This document shows, piece after piece, positions 1-13,644 of a stretch of DNA of 64,000 bases. Source of the DNA: Octopus sinensis (taxonomy: Eukaryota); NCBI RefSeq assembly GCF_006345805.1, contig NC_043000.1:89528001-89592000 (forward strand), written 5' to 3'. Both the position numbers and the translations under genes were made by a program. Below the pieces are notes generated by a model, which searched no databases, was not told where the DNA came from, and worked only from the letters and a program-made list of their open reading frames with translations. The stretch's first letter is position 1, and each line of letters begins with the position of its first letter.

Positions 1-657
1 TTCCAAGTTGTACTCAATTGCGACTTTTGTTTATATAATCTCTCCAAAGATGAGATCACGGTAAGTCATCACTGAATATTCGAGTGAACTGATAGATTCC
101 GTTTTAAGAAATCTTTCGATAAGCTAGTCAAGCTCAGTCGCTTAATCAAGATAAAAAAAATCAGTTCCGTAGCTCTAACAAAATACGTTTATTTAACGAG
201 TGAATAAGATTACCACACAATTATTCATAATTCGAATCCTTTAGTCACGATTTAGAGCCAAATTTACATTCATTTTAAAATGTTCTATCGTATCATCGAG
301 CAAATTTTGCAAGCTTATTTTAAAATTCAATAATTTGCGATTACTGATCGTCAAAATCAACGAAAAAATCATCTCATATTTGCATATCTAGTGAAAATTG
401 TTGGCAAATTTGCAAGCTTAACAAGTCCAATCATAGTTTTGGAATTTATCTGATGCCAAGTATTGCTCTGAGATAAATTACGCATTTCTATCATTAACAT
501 AAAATCTATGTAAGCAAATCTTGAGTGTCATTACCTTTACAGATGGCATATAATGATCAGAATGTTGAACTCAGCTGTAAGCTTCATATGGACAATTGAA
601 TGAAATTAAGAATTCAAAGGCTGAAATCCAGTCGCATATATATAGGGATATCACGTG

Positions 658-717
<60 letters not shown>

Positions 718-720
718 TAA

Positions 721-930
721 GGCGGTGAAATGACTGAATCGTTAACACGCCAGACAAAATGCCTAGCGGCATTTCGTTCCTCTTTACGTTCTCAGTTCAA
801 ATATCCCCTAAGTCGATTTTGTCTTTCGTTCTTTCATGATGAATAAAATAAATACTATTTGAGCATTTGGGTCGATGTAATCAGCTAGTCTCCTCCACTA
901 AAATTTCAGGTCTTGTTTCTCTAGAAGGAA
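721..930 (+). mobile_element. tRNA-derived SINE family B (other copies approx. 20535-21150 three in tandem, 25445-25580, 26220-26400(-), 36620-36740(-), 42085-42205(-), 44318-44560, 55290-55530(-))
   Basis: ggcgg..ctggcagaatcgttag...gagttcaaatt tRNA-like head plus a shared body gtcgactttgcctttcatcctttcggggtcgat. Confidence 0.8.
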
Positions 931-952
931 GGTTTTATGGGTTTTTGTTAGG

Positions 953-991
<39 letters not shown>

Positions 992-1984
992 TGTGCACAA
1001 CAGGACAAACGATTGATTCAGTACAGCAGAATCTTACTGATATACATGCCAGTTATTTTAGCAGTGCTATAATTGCTTTTCACCACAACCCAAAATAACT
1101 TAGAAAATCAAATATAAAGATTAGTTCTGTGAGCCATTGAAAATATTGCATTATAAATTCAGAAGCAATGCTCTTGCGAATGTGTTCGTTCATGTGTACC
1201 ATGCCGATACAGCGACAAACGTTTGGAGCAACTAATAGAAAGATTTTATTCGAAAATGGCGAAATACTTGACATTTCTCTAATGAATATTTATAAAGTGC
1301 GCACGTACACGTAATTACAGCTGTATCAGCTATATACACGATAAGATATATTGATTCCTGCATGTACACATATCAATAATAGACGTTGTAAGTGCAGATG
1401 TAATTATCTTCTTATTTGTATGGACATACACGGAGAATTTTACATACATACGTGTGTTCCTCTATGTATGCGTTCTACTAGCATGGCCACAGTCAAATGA
1501 CTGAAACAAGTAAAAGAGTAAAGAGTATATATATGTATAGACATGCATATGTATAATACATGTTTAGTAAAACACGTACATACGGAAACACACACACACA
1601 TACACACACACATATATATATATATACAAAACATATATATATAAATGCGGCAGTGGAGACACTTGGTCATTCTTAAGGTTGTTCCTCCAGTTTGTAGCCA
1701 AAGCTTGATTTACACTGCCAATATAGTGCTCTCAGTCCCTTTTTCCAGTTAGCACCACTGTTTTTCAGCAACATTATTTGTGGCCACGTGGAGCTTATTG
1801 TGTAGTCCCTTGTTGCGCAATTCTTCTTCATGTTATTTCTTTACTTCTTGTTTTGGTTCTCCATTTTTTCTGCTTCCAATACGCCCTCATTCCTTTCTAT
1901 GGGATAGGTATATCAGTAAGCTCCAGAGATCGGTATGTACGCAGTTTTCCAAATTTATCAGTCCCACTCCTCTATATTTCATAT

Positions 1985-2620
1985 AAAATAATAATGAAAT
2001 TATTGTATACAGTGCTCAGGTGCACCACAACTTGTCAAAAGTGCGTATAAAGTATATGCAGTAATGTACAAATGTCTGGAAAGCGAACAGTGTATGAGTC
2101 AGAAACATGCTTGCGTGTATATGGAGAGGAGAAAATCAGGTGTAGTGTTGGCGAATCTCAGGAAGCATGGACGTTTTGACGGATGCAGTGCTCCGACAAC
2201 TAACAACTGATGCCGGCAGTCTGTTCCATGCCTCAGCAACTCTTAGCGTGAAAAAATGTTTCCGAATGTCATGAGAGCTGTGCTGTTTTCTGAATTTGTA
2301 AACATGTCCTCGGGTGTTAGACAGGTGGAGTTTGAAAAGGTACTCAGAGTTATTGTTAGTAAGATGGTTAATATTTTTATGGGTGTCTCCCAAGTCAGCT
2401 GCCAGACGTCGGAGTTTCAATGTGTCCATGCCCAGGGAAGTAAGGCGTTCAGAATATGGCAAATGCCTGATGGAGGGCATTCTCTTGGTTGCACGTCGCT
2501 GAACAGCTTCCAGACGATTAATATCCTGGACAAGATAGGGGTTCCAGACCGATGATACAAATTCCAGGTGAGGTCTCTCTTCATGTATAGGCGATCAATG
2601 TCTCCACGTGAATGATGGGT
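1985..2620 (-). mobile_element. CR1-clade LINE, 5'-truncated 3' fragment
   Basis: RPHLEF...WNP...RLEAVQRRATK...PYSERL...TRGH...RKHFFTLRVAEAWNRLP C-terminal motifs, followed by a 3'UTR and a TAT-rich tail. Confidence 0.85.
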
Positions 2621-2639
2621 TCCATGCATTGTTCCTGTC

Positions 2640-2955
2640 TAACTATTTTAGCTCATACTCTGCCTACTTCAGAATTCTTGCGCCATATCGAATTACAGCG
2701 TCCTGGCGTTCATCTTTGAAGCGAATATTTTTCTCATTCGCCGCAGGTACTCTTTCTTTGTCTTTTCTTTCAAATCATTTTGTTTAATTCTATCTGCTTC
2801 AAATATTCCCAAGTATTTATATCCAGATTCCTTTTCAATTGCCTTCACCATGTCACTGCTTGGCATATATACGCCTCCATTTCTGACAAGCTTTCCTCGT
2901 CTCATCACTATCGTAGCACATTTTGAGAGTCCAAGTTTCATCTTGATATCGTTTG
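2640..2955 (-). mobile_element. R4/Dong-type LINE RT fragment
   Basis: KLGLSKCA...GYKYLGIFE...EYLRRMRKI...KMNAR: the distal RT region typical of REL-endonuclease LINEs. Confidence 0.7.
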
Positions 2956-3012
2956 AGAAAATCCGCGCAGAGTGGACAAGACTGCCTAATTTTTGTGAAC
3001 AACTTCAAGTCA

Positions 3013-3056
<44 letters not shown>

Positions 3057-5273
3057 TATTATTATGGACATGCAGCCTACAAGAAACTCTCAGAATCTTT
3101 CCAGCTTGAACTTCCATAAGGCAAACTGGAAACAAATTGAAATTGAGAAAGAGATCCTCAAACAAAACTGGCCTGAATGTCTATCCTCGCCAGACATCGA
3201 CATGAAACTTCAACAATTCATGTCTGTAATGCAAACCATATGCTACAAATGTGTCCCAGAGAGAACGGCCACTGTACACAAGAGCAAAATCCCCAGAGAG
3301 AGGAAAATTCTAATGAGACGGCGTACAAAAGTTTCAAATCGTCTAAACAAACAAATTGAAAGCAGTGAAAAGTCCCGCCTGACAATAAAACTGTTGGAAA
3401 TTGAAAAATGTCTGCAACTCTCCCATGAAAAACAAAGAGCAGACAAAGAAGCCTGGGCTATAGACAACATAAAATCTAACCCCAGAGCTTTCTACAGGTA
3501 TGCAAAAGAAACAGCTACGGTGCACTGTAGGATAGGGCCACTCCTTGAAAAGGATGACACACTCACAGGAAATCCAATGAGGGTAAGTGAAATACTAAAT
3601 GAGCAATTCAAGAGTATTTTCACGCCACCCCTAGGGCATTCTCAAGTCAGCAATCCAACTGACTTCTTTACCGCTGCAGATATAAAATCGGAGGCAGCGA
3701 TGATTGATTACATCAATATAAAGGAAGACGATGTAATAAAGGCTATTGATGAAATGAAAACAAACTCAGCTACTGGCCCAGATGGATTCCCAGCAATCCT
3801 TCTAAAAGTATGTAAGAGAGTCCTAGCAAGACCACTGCAGTTCCTCTTTCAGAGCTTCCTTGCAACTGGCAAACTTCCAAGAAAACTGAAGGAAGGTAAA
3901 ATATGCCCTATTCATAAAGGAGGTAGCAGAGCGGAGGCCAAGAACTACAGACCTATCTCTCTGACCTCACACATCAGCAAGGTCATGGAACGAATAGTCA
4001 GAAGGAAACTAATCACCTTCCTTGAAGAAAATTACTTGCTGCCTGACACCCAACATGGTTTCCGACCAGGAAGAAACTGCTTAACTCAGCCCCTACAACA
4101 CTATGACTGGATGCTGAAACGACTGCTCAACCACTCAAATGTGGAAGTGATATATCTCGACTTTGCAAAGGCCTTTGATAAAGTCGATCATGGAATGATA
4201 TGTCACAAACTGCGTGATCTTGGCATAGTTGGAAAATTGGGAGAATGGCTTCATGACTTTCTGAAGGATAGAAGTCAGGTGGTAGTAGCCACTAACACGC
4301 AAATAGTGAGCGGTGTTCCGCAGGGCACTGTTTTGGGACCGCTACTGTTCATAATGGCCCTCTCAGACATGCCCTCAACCACGCAGAGAGCCACGATCAC
4401 AAGTTATGCAGATGATACAAAAGTTTCACAGGCAATACAGAACCCTGAAGACACTAAGCACCTGCAATGTGAGCTGGACAAAATATACAAGTGGGCTGAA
4501 AAGAATAGCATGCAGTTCAATGCTGAAAAGTTTCAAGCTCTATGCTATCAGCACGCAAAACTAAATGCAATACCCAATAAATACACTGGACCTGGAGGGA
4601 CTGCAATCCCAGAGGCACAATCAGTGCGAGACCTGGGTATTTACATGAGTGATGATGCAACCTTTCATGTGCATGATGGTCCTCTGGAGGACACTTGTCT
4701 TAAGCCACTTTGACTATTGCTCTCAGCTATGGTCACCATCCAGTGTCAAGTTAATCACAGAACTTGAGGCGATCCAACGAAGCTACACGAAGAAGATAGC
4801 CTCTGTGCAGCATATAAGCTATTGGGAAAGACTCAAGAGATTGAGACTCTATTCCTTAGAGCGTAGGCAAGAAAGATATGCCATAATATACATCTGGAAG
4901 ACCCTAGAAGGACTTGTCCCAAACTTTGGCATCGAAAGTTACACAAATGCCAGAACTAGGCGCCACTGCATAGTGCCAAGGACTCCAAATTTGCCATCAA
5001 GATGTAGGACAAGATACTGTGATAGCCTGGGCTTCCGAGGCCCACAGCTCTTCAATATCCTCCCGAAGAACCTAAGAAACCTGCATGGGGTGGATGCAGA
5101 TGTCTTTAAAATGAAACTGGATCTCTTCTTGTCAGGTATTCCAGATGAACCAACTTCACGGCAGGAGGTGCAGATGAGGGCAGCTGCATCGAACTCTCTC
5201 ATGCACCAAATGGCAGTTGCTAAAAAGCATTCGTGAAGTAAAATCATGTAGCAACACCAAATGGCGGTGCCCC
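2953..5273 (+). mobile_element. CR1/L2-group LINE ORF2 (reverse transcriptase), 5'-truncated, frameshifted near 4670
   Basis: GPDG, NYRPISLTS, QHGFRPGR, YLDFAKAFDKVDH, SGVPQGTVLGPLLF, YADD, RDLGI, then HFDYCSQLWSP...YSLERR in a second frame. Confidence 0.93.
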
Positions 5274-5665
5274 ATTATATCAATAACAATAATACAGTGA
5301 TTGTTTCTTGTCAGGAACAAAAAGATTAATAGGACTGCTATAGAAGTGCTCAAACTAAAGTTATTGAACAAACAAATGCAAGGTCATCCGCATAGCATTT
5401 CATAATTCGAACATTTAATCATAGAATATACATATAAACATCCCACAAGATGGAACATAATTCATTTGTACAAGCATACAAGCATATAATAATAATAATA
5501 ATAATAATAATAAGGTGCGAGAAAAACATTTTTCATCACAGTTTAGAGTTAATACTTTAGCGATTCAGAAAATACATTTTTGAAAAAAACCTTACAATAC
5601 CTAGAAAGTAAAAATATAATATAAAGTAATATATAAAAATATATAGGTATATAAAAATATATAAA

Positions 5666-5696
<31 letters not shown>

Positions 5697-5821
5697 GGAG
5701 CATATAAAAAAATATAATATATATCATGTAAATAAAATAAAACTTCATCGTTTAGAAATCCTATGAAATTATTATTCAAGTAAGAGAAGCCTTATAGTTA
5801 AAAGGAAACCATATTTACTTA

Positions 5822-5898
5822 TCCCTATGGCCATTTCAGGCGTGTATTATGTTTAAAGCACTAGGGTGCATCCAGATAATACCTCCTTCGTCAGGGGA
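5822..5898 (-). ncRNA. Minimal type-I hammerhead ribozyme
   Basis: Minus strand reads UCCC-CUGACGA-AGG...CCU-GAAA-UGGCCA-UA-GGGA: helix I UCCC/GGGA, palindromic helix III AUGGCCAU, AUA cleavage triplet. Lies downstream of a GIY-YIG ORF. Confidence 0.8.
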
Positions 5899-6059
5899 AA
5901 AAATATATATATACATAAAGATAGACATCATCGCGTACCAGGCCAGCACAATGTTGTTTGCTTTCCTATTGAGGCATTCATGCTCGGATAGCCCAAAAGA
6001 AAGAAATAAAGCAATAAAAGAATTTTCTTTTAAAGCAGTAGAGAAAGAAAAGGCGGTAA

Positions 6060-6415
6060 AAAAAATGGGTGTATTAAATTAAATTAAGTTCAATTAAATT
6101 GAATTAAATTGAGCCTCCGTGGTTTCAAATCCTGTAAAACCTAAATTCTTTTATTTTCACAACTTATTTAATTCCTATAGACTCAAAAAGAATGGGTGTA
6201 TTCAACTAAATTAAACTGAATTAAATTGAATTAAATTGAGCCTCCGTGGATTCAAATCCTGTAAAAGCCAAACCAATTATTTTCTACAACTAATTTTATT
6301 CCTATAGGCTCAAAAAGAATGGGAGCATTAAATTAAATGAAGTTCAATTAACTAAAATTGAACTAAATTAAATCAAATTGAGCCTCCGTGGTTTCAATCC
6401 TGTAAAAGCTAAATC
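6060..6415. repeat. Three ~125-bp tandem repeats in the Penelope 3' region
   Basis: Each unit carries aatggg...aattaaattgagcctccgtggnttcaa(a)tcctgtaaa, starting near 6062, 6187 and 6316. Confidence 0.85.
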
Positions 6416-7059
6416 AATTACTTTCTACAACTTATTTTATTACTGTAGATTTTTAGGAATGTAGAAGAAAATTTATGTATGCAAAAGGGAATCACGTCCG
6501 TAAATCTATTCAGAACGTGCGGTCCATAACACCTAAGGATGGTAAGTGATTCCCTTATGCATAGCCTACACTTGTTGATATTTCTCTTGAAATTTGGGGT
6601 TTTAGAAATGATGGACCATTCTAGATGATAATTCTTATTATTTTTCCTCAGGTTGTGTATATGTGATGCAAGTGTAGTTGAGTTACAGTATTTGTCGTTA
6701 GCAAAATAGCTCATATGTGATCTATATCTCGCCTTGAAGTCTATCGTACTACCTATATAAAATTTGTTTAGCTTATCTTCGTCCCTGACTATACATTTAT
6801 ATATTACGTTGGTAACCTGACAGGAACCATCCAAAGGACATAATTCGGGTTTTCTACAGTTACATGTCTTTCCGGGGCCTTTCCTAGTTTTATTCCTATT
6901 GTTATCTTTACTTATTATATCTCCAGTTCCAGACGGGTTTCCCTCTTCCCTTCCCTCAAATCTTCCCTTATTACATGGGTTCGATGTACCCGGTAAAGGT
7001 AGACTGCTATGAAATGCTATGCGGATGACCTTGCATTTGTTTGTTCAATAACTTTAGTT

Positions 7060-7125
<66 letters not shown>

Positions 7126-7403
7126 AAGGAAAAGTGAGAATATATCTGCTCTGTGTGTGTGTATGTGTGTTTGCGTAGAAAAACTTACCGTGCCACGTTA
7201 TTCTAAGTTTATCTTGCACACCATCATTTCCCATGTATATCATTTTCAACCTATATACAATAATCCCTCGACTATCGTGGCCGTTAAGTTCCAAAACCCC
7301 AAGCGATACGTGAAAACCTGCGAAGCAGAAACACTACTGTACTGTATATGTTTTTATCGATTTTAGAAATTTTTATATATCTATTTTATTTAAAAAGTAG
7401 AAG

Positions 7404-7545
7404 CGCAATGGCCCAGTGGTTTGGGCAGCGGGCTCGCGGTCGGAGGATCGCGGTTTCGATTTCCATACCGGGTGTTGTGTGTGTTTATTGAGCGAAAACA
7501 CCTAAAAGTCCCACGAGCCTCCGGAAGGTGGTGGTGACCTCTGCG
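7404..7545 (+). mobile_element. tRNA-derived SINE family C (second copy 9888-10165)
   Basis: gcgcaatggcccagtggtt...gtttcgattt tRNA-like A/B boxes followed by a shared body gtttattgagcgaaaacacct. Confidence 0.7.
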
Positions 7546-8032
7546 GTTCGTCAAAAGTAACCGTTAGAATAAGTACTAGGCTTACAAAGAATAAATCCTG
7601 GGATCGATTTGCTCGACTAAAGGCAGTGCTCCAGCATGGCCACAGTCAAATGACGGAAACAAGTAAAAGAGTAAAAATCTAACAAAATATAAATACCTAT
7701 CGTCCGTTGAAACCACAATATGGCAAAGAATTACTGTACTTACACATGCATATGAATATAATATATATATATGTGTGTATATGTGTGTGTGTGCATGCTT
7801 ATATACATACATTCATGTATAAATGTATACACGGGTGTTTGTGTGTTTGTGTGTGTGTGTGTATGTGTGTGTGTGCGGAAATATGAATATTAATATACAT
7901 AATGCATATATAATTTAAGGTATATTCCATTGGGAACGTATTACAATACAAAATAGAAATTGTTCACTTTTAGAATACCAAATAGATGGTACTATTGTTG
8001 ACTCTATTCATTCATTTGTCAATATACATGTG

Positions 8033-8098
<66 letters not shown>

Positions 8099-8365
8099 GT
8101 ATATATATACATACATACATTTACATACATCCACGTATACATGCGTGTACATCCTCATAGATACGTGTATGTTATATGAGTACATGGTTTGCATGCGTGC
8201 TTGTTGATATGTAGAAATCATAGGTTTTTTTGCCAATGAATAATCCACGAACACAAAATACGGGATACAAGAATATTCAGTTATTTTGGATTTTATGGGT
8301 AGAAGTGTATATAAGTGTATATATAAAATGACAGGAGAAGAAAGAAAGAGAAAGAAATTGGAAGA

Positions 8366-8445
<80 letters not shown>

Positions 8446-8683
8446 GAGAAGGAAGGAAAGAAATAAAGAAAGGAAGATCTTTGTATTTTTTGTCTGTTCC
8501 CTACATTTCCAGCAAGTTTAAAGGAACGTTAATCTTCATTGTTGCCGGCGTTTAGACTAAATAGACAGGCAAAGGTCACTAATAGCATTTGCCCTTTCTA
8601 TAATGCATACATGAACAAGCATAAATGTCTACCTACATATACATACGTATGTATGTATATGTATGCATGTATCTATGTATATA

Positions 8684-8734
<51 letters not shown>

Positions 8735-9842
8735 TTTTATGTGTATGTATATGTGTGTGCGAGTATATGTGTATATATATATATGTATTATAAGTATATA
8801 GTATGTCTGTGTATGTATATATATATATATTATACATACAATATGCATGTGCACGTGTGCATTTCTTTTTGCATGTTCATGCTCAGGAATATACACGTAT
8901 TCATGAAATAAGCTGCGTTAGTAAGTATTTACATTATAACTCAATATATAATGTTAATATGTAAGACACAACATTACATGATAACCATATATATTCCAAA
9001 CCCGCCGACTTGTCTCCGACTGCACAATAACTGAATCTGGACATTGTTTCAAACTATAGGTTGTTAGTGTCAGCTGCATATAACAGCCTCTTTTTTCATA
9101 AAGCTAACTCTAAACCACCACAAAAATATTCTGCGACACAAATGTTTTATGCTTCGTTTTGTTTTTATTCTGTTTTTATTCTGTTATTTTATTCTGTTAT
9201 TTTTTTTGTCGGGGAAACAAATGATATATATGCATTTATGAACATACAAACAATCATAGCATAAAATTATATCAGGGCATATATATATACATATATACAA
9301 ACACACACACACACACACATATGTATATACACAAATATGTGTGTGAGTGTGTGTGTCAGTGTGTATGTGTGTGTGTGTATGTGTGTGTGTGTATTCAAGC
9401 GGCGACTTCCTACAGTCGTAAGAGCGTCCATCAAGATGTCTGGCGCTATTCATTTGTTCAGATTGTCCGCGCTCAGTGTTCAAACGCCGACATGTCTTTT
9501 TCGTTGTAGTTTAATTCGGAGCCTGGTATAAACCTCACCCATGGCACCTTCTTCACTTTGCCTTGTTTAAAATGCTTTCTCAAGACTCGTGGACGCTGTT
9601 TTCTTTCCTGACTAAAAAATACGAATTTTAAAATCAAGTGAATTGATGAAAATATATACTTTTACGCCTATAAACGCAGCCTGCACAAGAAAAGGCAAAA
9701 CACATACTTTGTGTATGCGTGTTCGATAATGATCATATCTTTCGGGCTGCCTCTCATTCATATTTGAATATATATATATATATATACGCACCGCGAGTCC
9801 GATGGCCTATATATATATATATATATATACATATGTGTATAC

Positions 9843-9888
<46 letters not shown>

Positions 9889-10216
9889 AGGAGCAATAGC
9901 CCGGTGGTTGGGCCAGCGGACTCGCTGTCGTAGGATCGCAGTATCAATTACCAGACCGGGCGTTGTGAGTGTTTATTGAGTGAAAACACCTCAAGCTCCT
10001 CGAGGATCCGGCGTGGGGGGGGCATCCATGCTGTACTCCTTCGCCACAACTTTTTCGCATTTTTTTCTGTTGGCCTGCCCACTTAGTCAGCGGGGGTGGG
10101 CATCATTTGAAGGCTAAAACAATGCGAGGCGCATTGTGACCAGTGATGTGTAGCAACATCTGATAGCCTGGTTGGTCACGGTGATATATATACATATATA
10201 TATGTATATACATATA

Positions 10217-10247
<31 letters not shown>

Positions 10248-10789
10248 CACCGTATATATATTTCGTTTTGGGATTTGGTTTGCTTAATTCTTTATATGAG
10301 TTCGTGTGTTGAATCATATTCCGTTGTGTCTGGGGCGAGTCATTTTCTTTTAGTACCTTATAATTTAACACACTAACCGGTAATATTTCCAATTATTTCT
10401 TTTTCATTTTTCTCTATATATATATATCATGTGTTTCCGTGTCCGCGTTTGTGTGTTTTTATAGGTGTGTGTGCGTTTGCAACTATGCAACATGTATGGA
10501 AGTGAAGTAAAGTGTGTGTGTTTATGGTCATGTATTTCAGTCATTTGCGTAAGTGTGCGTATTTGTGCTTGTTTGTTTATATAACCTATTTACCTACCCG
10601 TCTGTATGTTGATCTGTTTACTTTCATTTCCATATGCTTATATACATGTGCATATACATATATATTCATACACCCACACACACACATACATCTGTCTACA
10701 TAACAGCCCTCTAACTAATCTACTCTACCCGTGTAAACCGTGGGTATGGGGTTATGCTATTTACTATGTATATTTCCTATTTAGTGTTG

Positions 10790-11330
10790 GGGAAGTTTCA
10801 TTTATGAGGACATACTCCTGAATTTGTCTGAGTGTTGGGTCCTTTGGGTGCTTGGATAAGATGCCCTAGGTTGCCTCCATTTTGGTCCTTGGTATGTTGG
10901 TAGAATATGGAGGACCGTTGTTGCCGTTATATTGTCTCAAATGTTCATTTAGTCGTTCCGCAATGCTCCTAGATGTCTCTCCTGTGTATGCCATGTTCAT
11001 GTCTCTACAAGCAACTTCTATGCATCTTATGCTGTAAACTATATTTCTAGTTCTACAGTTAATGCCAGGGCTAATCCTACATACCATGCAGTTATTATTG
11101 GTGCATATGGTATTCTCAAAGGTGTACGTCCTACATAGTTGTGATCTGACGGAGTTCCCTGGCTTTTCAACAATCTTAGTTGAGTTTGGTTTCCTTCAGG
11201 GCTTTTCTAAATCTACAGGCTAGTATTGCATTGGCTGTGGCCTCAACAAACATCACTCCTTGATATTTGTCGGTTTTATACCACGTATTCGCCCTGTTTG
11301 CTTTGTCATAAGTTCTTTTATATACAAATA
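10790..11330 (-). mobile_element. Penelope-like element fragment (linker + GIY-YIG)
   Basis: MFVEAT...KIVEKPG...CTNNNCMVC...NCRTRNIVYSIRC...YTGETSRSIAERLNEH. Confidence 0.8.
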
Positions 11331-11539
11331 CCCAAACAATATCGACGGAATTGTCATGTCAAAAGAGGACACCGGAAAACAGTACCCTCATCAACAGCAA
11401 CAATTACACCTCTGGAATATATGGTGCAGTACAGCTTGGTACAGATGAAATGCATGCTTTAGAGTTACACCAACATTCGCTACATGTAAAAAAAAAAGTC
11501 AGTAAAATTGATTGTCTGAAATTGAAAAATCAAGATGGA

Positions 11540-11553
11540 GGTTAGGACAATAT

Positions 11554-11584
<31 letters not shown>

Positions 11585-11880
11585 TAAACATACGAAACCA
11601 AAACAACAACAATAACAATAGCGGTGTTGATGACAACAATAATAATGGCAACAACAATAACAATAATGACAACCACACCATTCCTCACACAGACAACTAT
11701 AACAACAACAACAACATAAGCGTACGAAACAGAAACAAGTATTATAATAACAACAACAGTAACGATGGCGATAGCAACAGTAACAACAACATCCCACATA
11801 CAGACAATAATACCAACCACATCATCCACACCATTACCAACAACACCATCAATATCAACACCACCCACAACAAACAAAAA
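11540..11880. repeat. Degenerate (AAC/AAT)n low-complexity tract
   Basis: Asn-rich apparent ORF 11512-11970 arises from trinucleotide repeats. Confidence 0.85.
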
Positions 11881-12275
11881 GGAACGCAGTGTGAATTAAC
11901 GGACAGAGTCAAAACTATTGAAAAGTTTGGAAGACGCAACGAACATTTTAGAAAAATAAGAAAGAAATAAGCAGAAATTTTACCGGTGAGTATATAAAAT
12001 TATAAGGCACTAAAAGAGACTGACTCTCCCAAGACACAATGGTATATAATATATATATAGAGAGAGAGAGATGCAGCACGGATTTTTGTCAGTGAACAGG
12101 TCGCGGTCTTATAGTGACGAAAATATTTTGACAAATTAAACTTAAATGTTGAAGTGAATCGAACGGCTTTTGTGTGTTTCTTAAATGGCTTACAAACACC
12201 TTCCACGCTGCAATTGTTTTCGTTCCAGCACACGATCTCAGATCAAATCACTTGCTATGCAAGTACATCTCCGTA

Positions 12276-12307
<32 letters not shown>

Positions 12308-12324
12308 GAAGAAATGGGCTGAGG

Positions 12325-12419
12325 TTCACTACAGCTGTTTCAGACGTGTTTGTTTCATTAATGAACATATCAATTATATCATGCGAAAAGTTTTTTTAAA
12401 CATCGTTTCTTCAGGTGAA
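12325..12419 (-). ncRNA. Minimal type-I hammerhead ribozyme
   Basis: Minus strand UUCAC-CUGAAGA-AACG...CGUCU-GAAA-CAGCUG-UA-GUGAA: 5-bp helix I, palindromic helix III ACAGCUGU, GUA site. Helix II is imperfect. Confidence 0.72.
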
Positions 12420-12529
12420 TTAAGAAATAGAATTTAACATTTATGTAGGATGTATGTTGACTCTCTCATCTTGGTGCCAGCTCAGATAGTAATAAGGGGA
12501 ACTGCAACATGTATATATACATATAAATA

Positions 12530-12770
<241 letters not shown>

Positions 12771-13561
12771 AGATATGAGCAAAGAGAGAGGCAGAGATTT
12801 ATAAAGATATGTAAATACTTGTATATGTAGTAATTACACATATAAGTAATGGTTAGCACCATGTTGGTAAGCGGTACAGTATTTCTTTTAAAGTTCCCCC
12901 TTCTTTCACAGGCCTCCTTTACTATCATAAAGACACTCCAGCTCCTAGGCTGGAGTGTCACACACACATTACTTCCATATGTGTGTGTGTGTGTTGTAGT
13001 ATTCATCCGATAAAGGCTTGAGAAGTGGTTTTGTTTCCCGTAACAAGCAATGGCTTTTGTTCTGAAGCTTAACTGTTTTGGTATTGTTATTGTTCAGTCA
13101 GCTGAGAATGATTACTGGCAAAAAGTGGGAGGTAACTCTGTGACGATCCAGATTCTCGTTAAAGGAGAGTAATTTGGGTATTGTTCGCTAGTTGACCTAT
13201 ACTGCATAATGAGCTGTTCTGGCCTAATGAACCTATAGATTCCCGTACAGAGCTAAGACGTCCAACTTATTAGTAAATGGCTTTGCTAGTAAAGTGAGAA
13301 TTTGAAGAAACAAGGGTTTTCAAGAAAAGAAATCAATTAGCTAACATATACAACCTCAAACCGGAACAGTAAAAATATGCTAGACTTTCCTCAAGTTCGA
13401 AAATGTGACGTAGTTTTTGTCATTCACCTTCCTTACAGAAAGACTTCAGATAATTAAAGATAGCAGAGAACATCCATACATACAAAGCCGTCTTAGCAAT
13501 ATTATTGGCTCATACCTTAAGACAGCACTGCTTGCATGCATATACTTGCATATATATTAAT

Positions 13562-13611
<50 letters not shown>

Positions 13612-13644
13612 TTACGTATGTGTGTCTAAGTGTGTATCGGTCTA

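Larger units (their letters stand above)
5822..6870 (-). mobile_element. Penelope-like element 3' part: GIY-YIG endonuclease, tandem repeats and hammerhead
   Basis: CNCRKPELCPLDGSC...VIYKC...FYIGST...RYRSH...STTLASHI...CRLCIRES. The HHR is about 520 nt downstream of the stop. Confidence 0.85.

Noticed and set aside
6060-6415. Repeat-spacer-like pattern suggestive of CRISPR
   Set aside because: Eukaryotic context, the intervening sequences are similar to each other, and there are no cas genes.
7404-7480. tRNA-like sequences (also heads of SINE families A and B)
   Set aside because: They continue into repeated SINE bodies and lack a complete cloverleaf, so they are not tRNA genes.
11512-11970. 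152-aa Asn-rich ORF
   Set aside because: Translation of a degenerate (AAC/AAT)n tract, with no domain or splice evidence.
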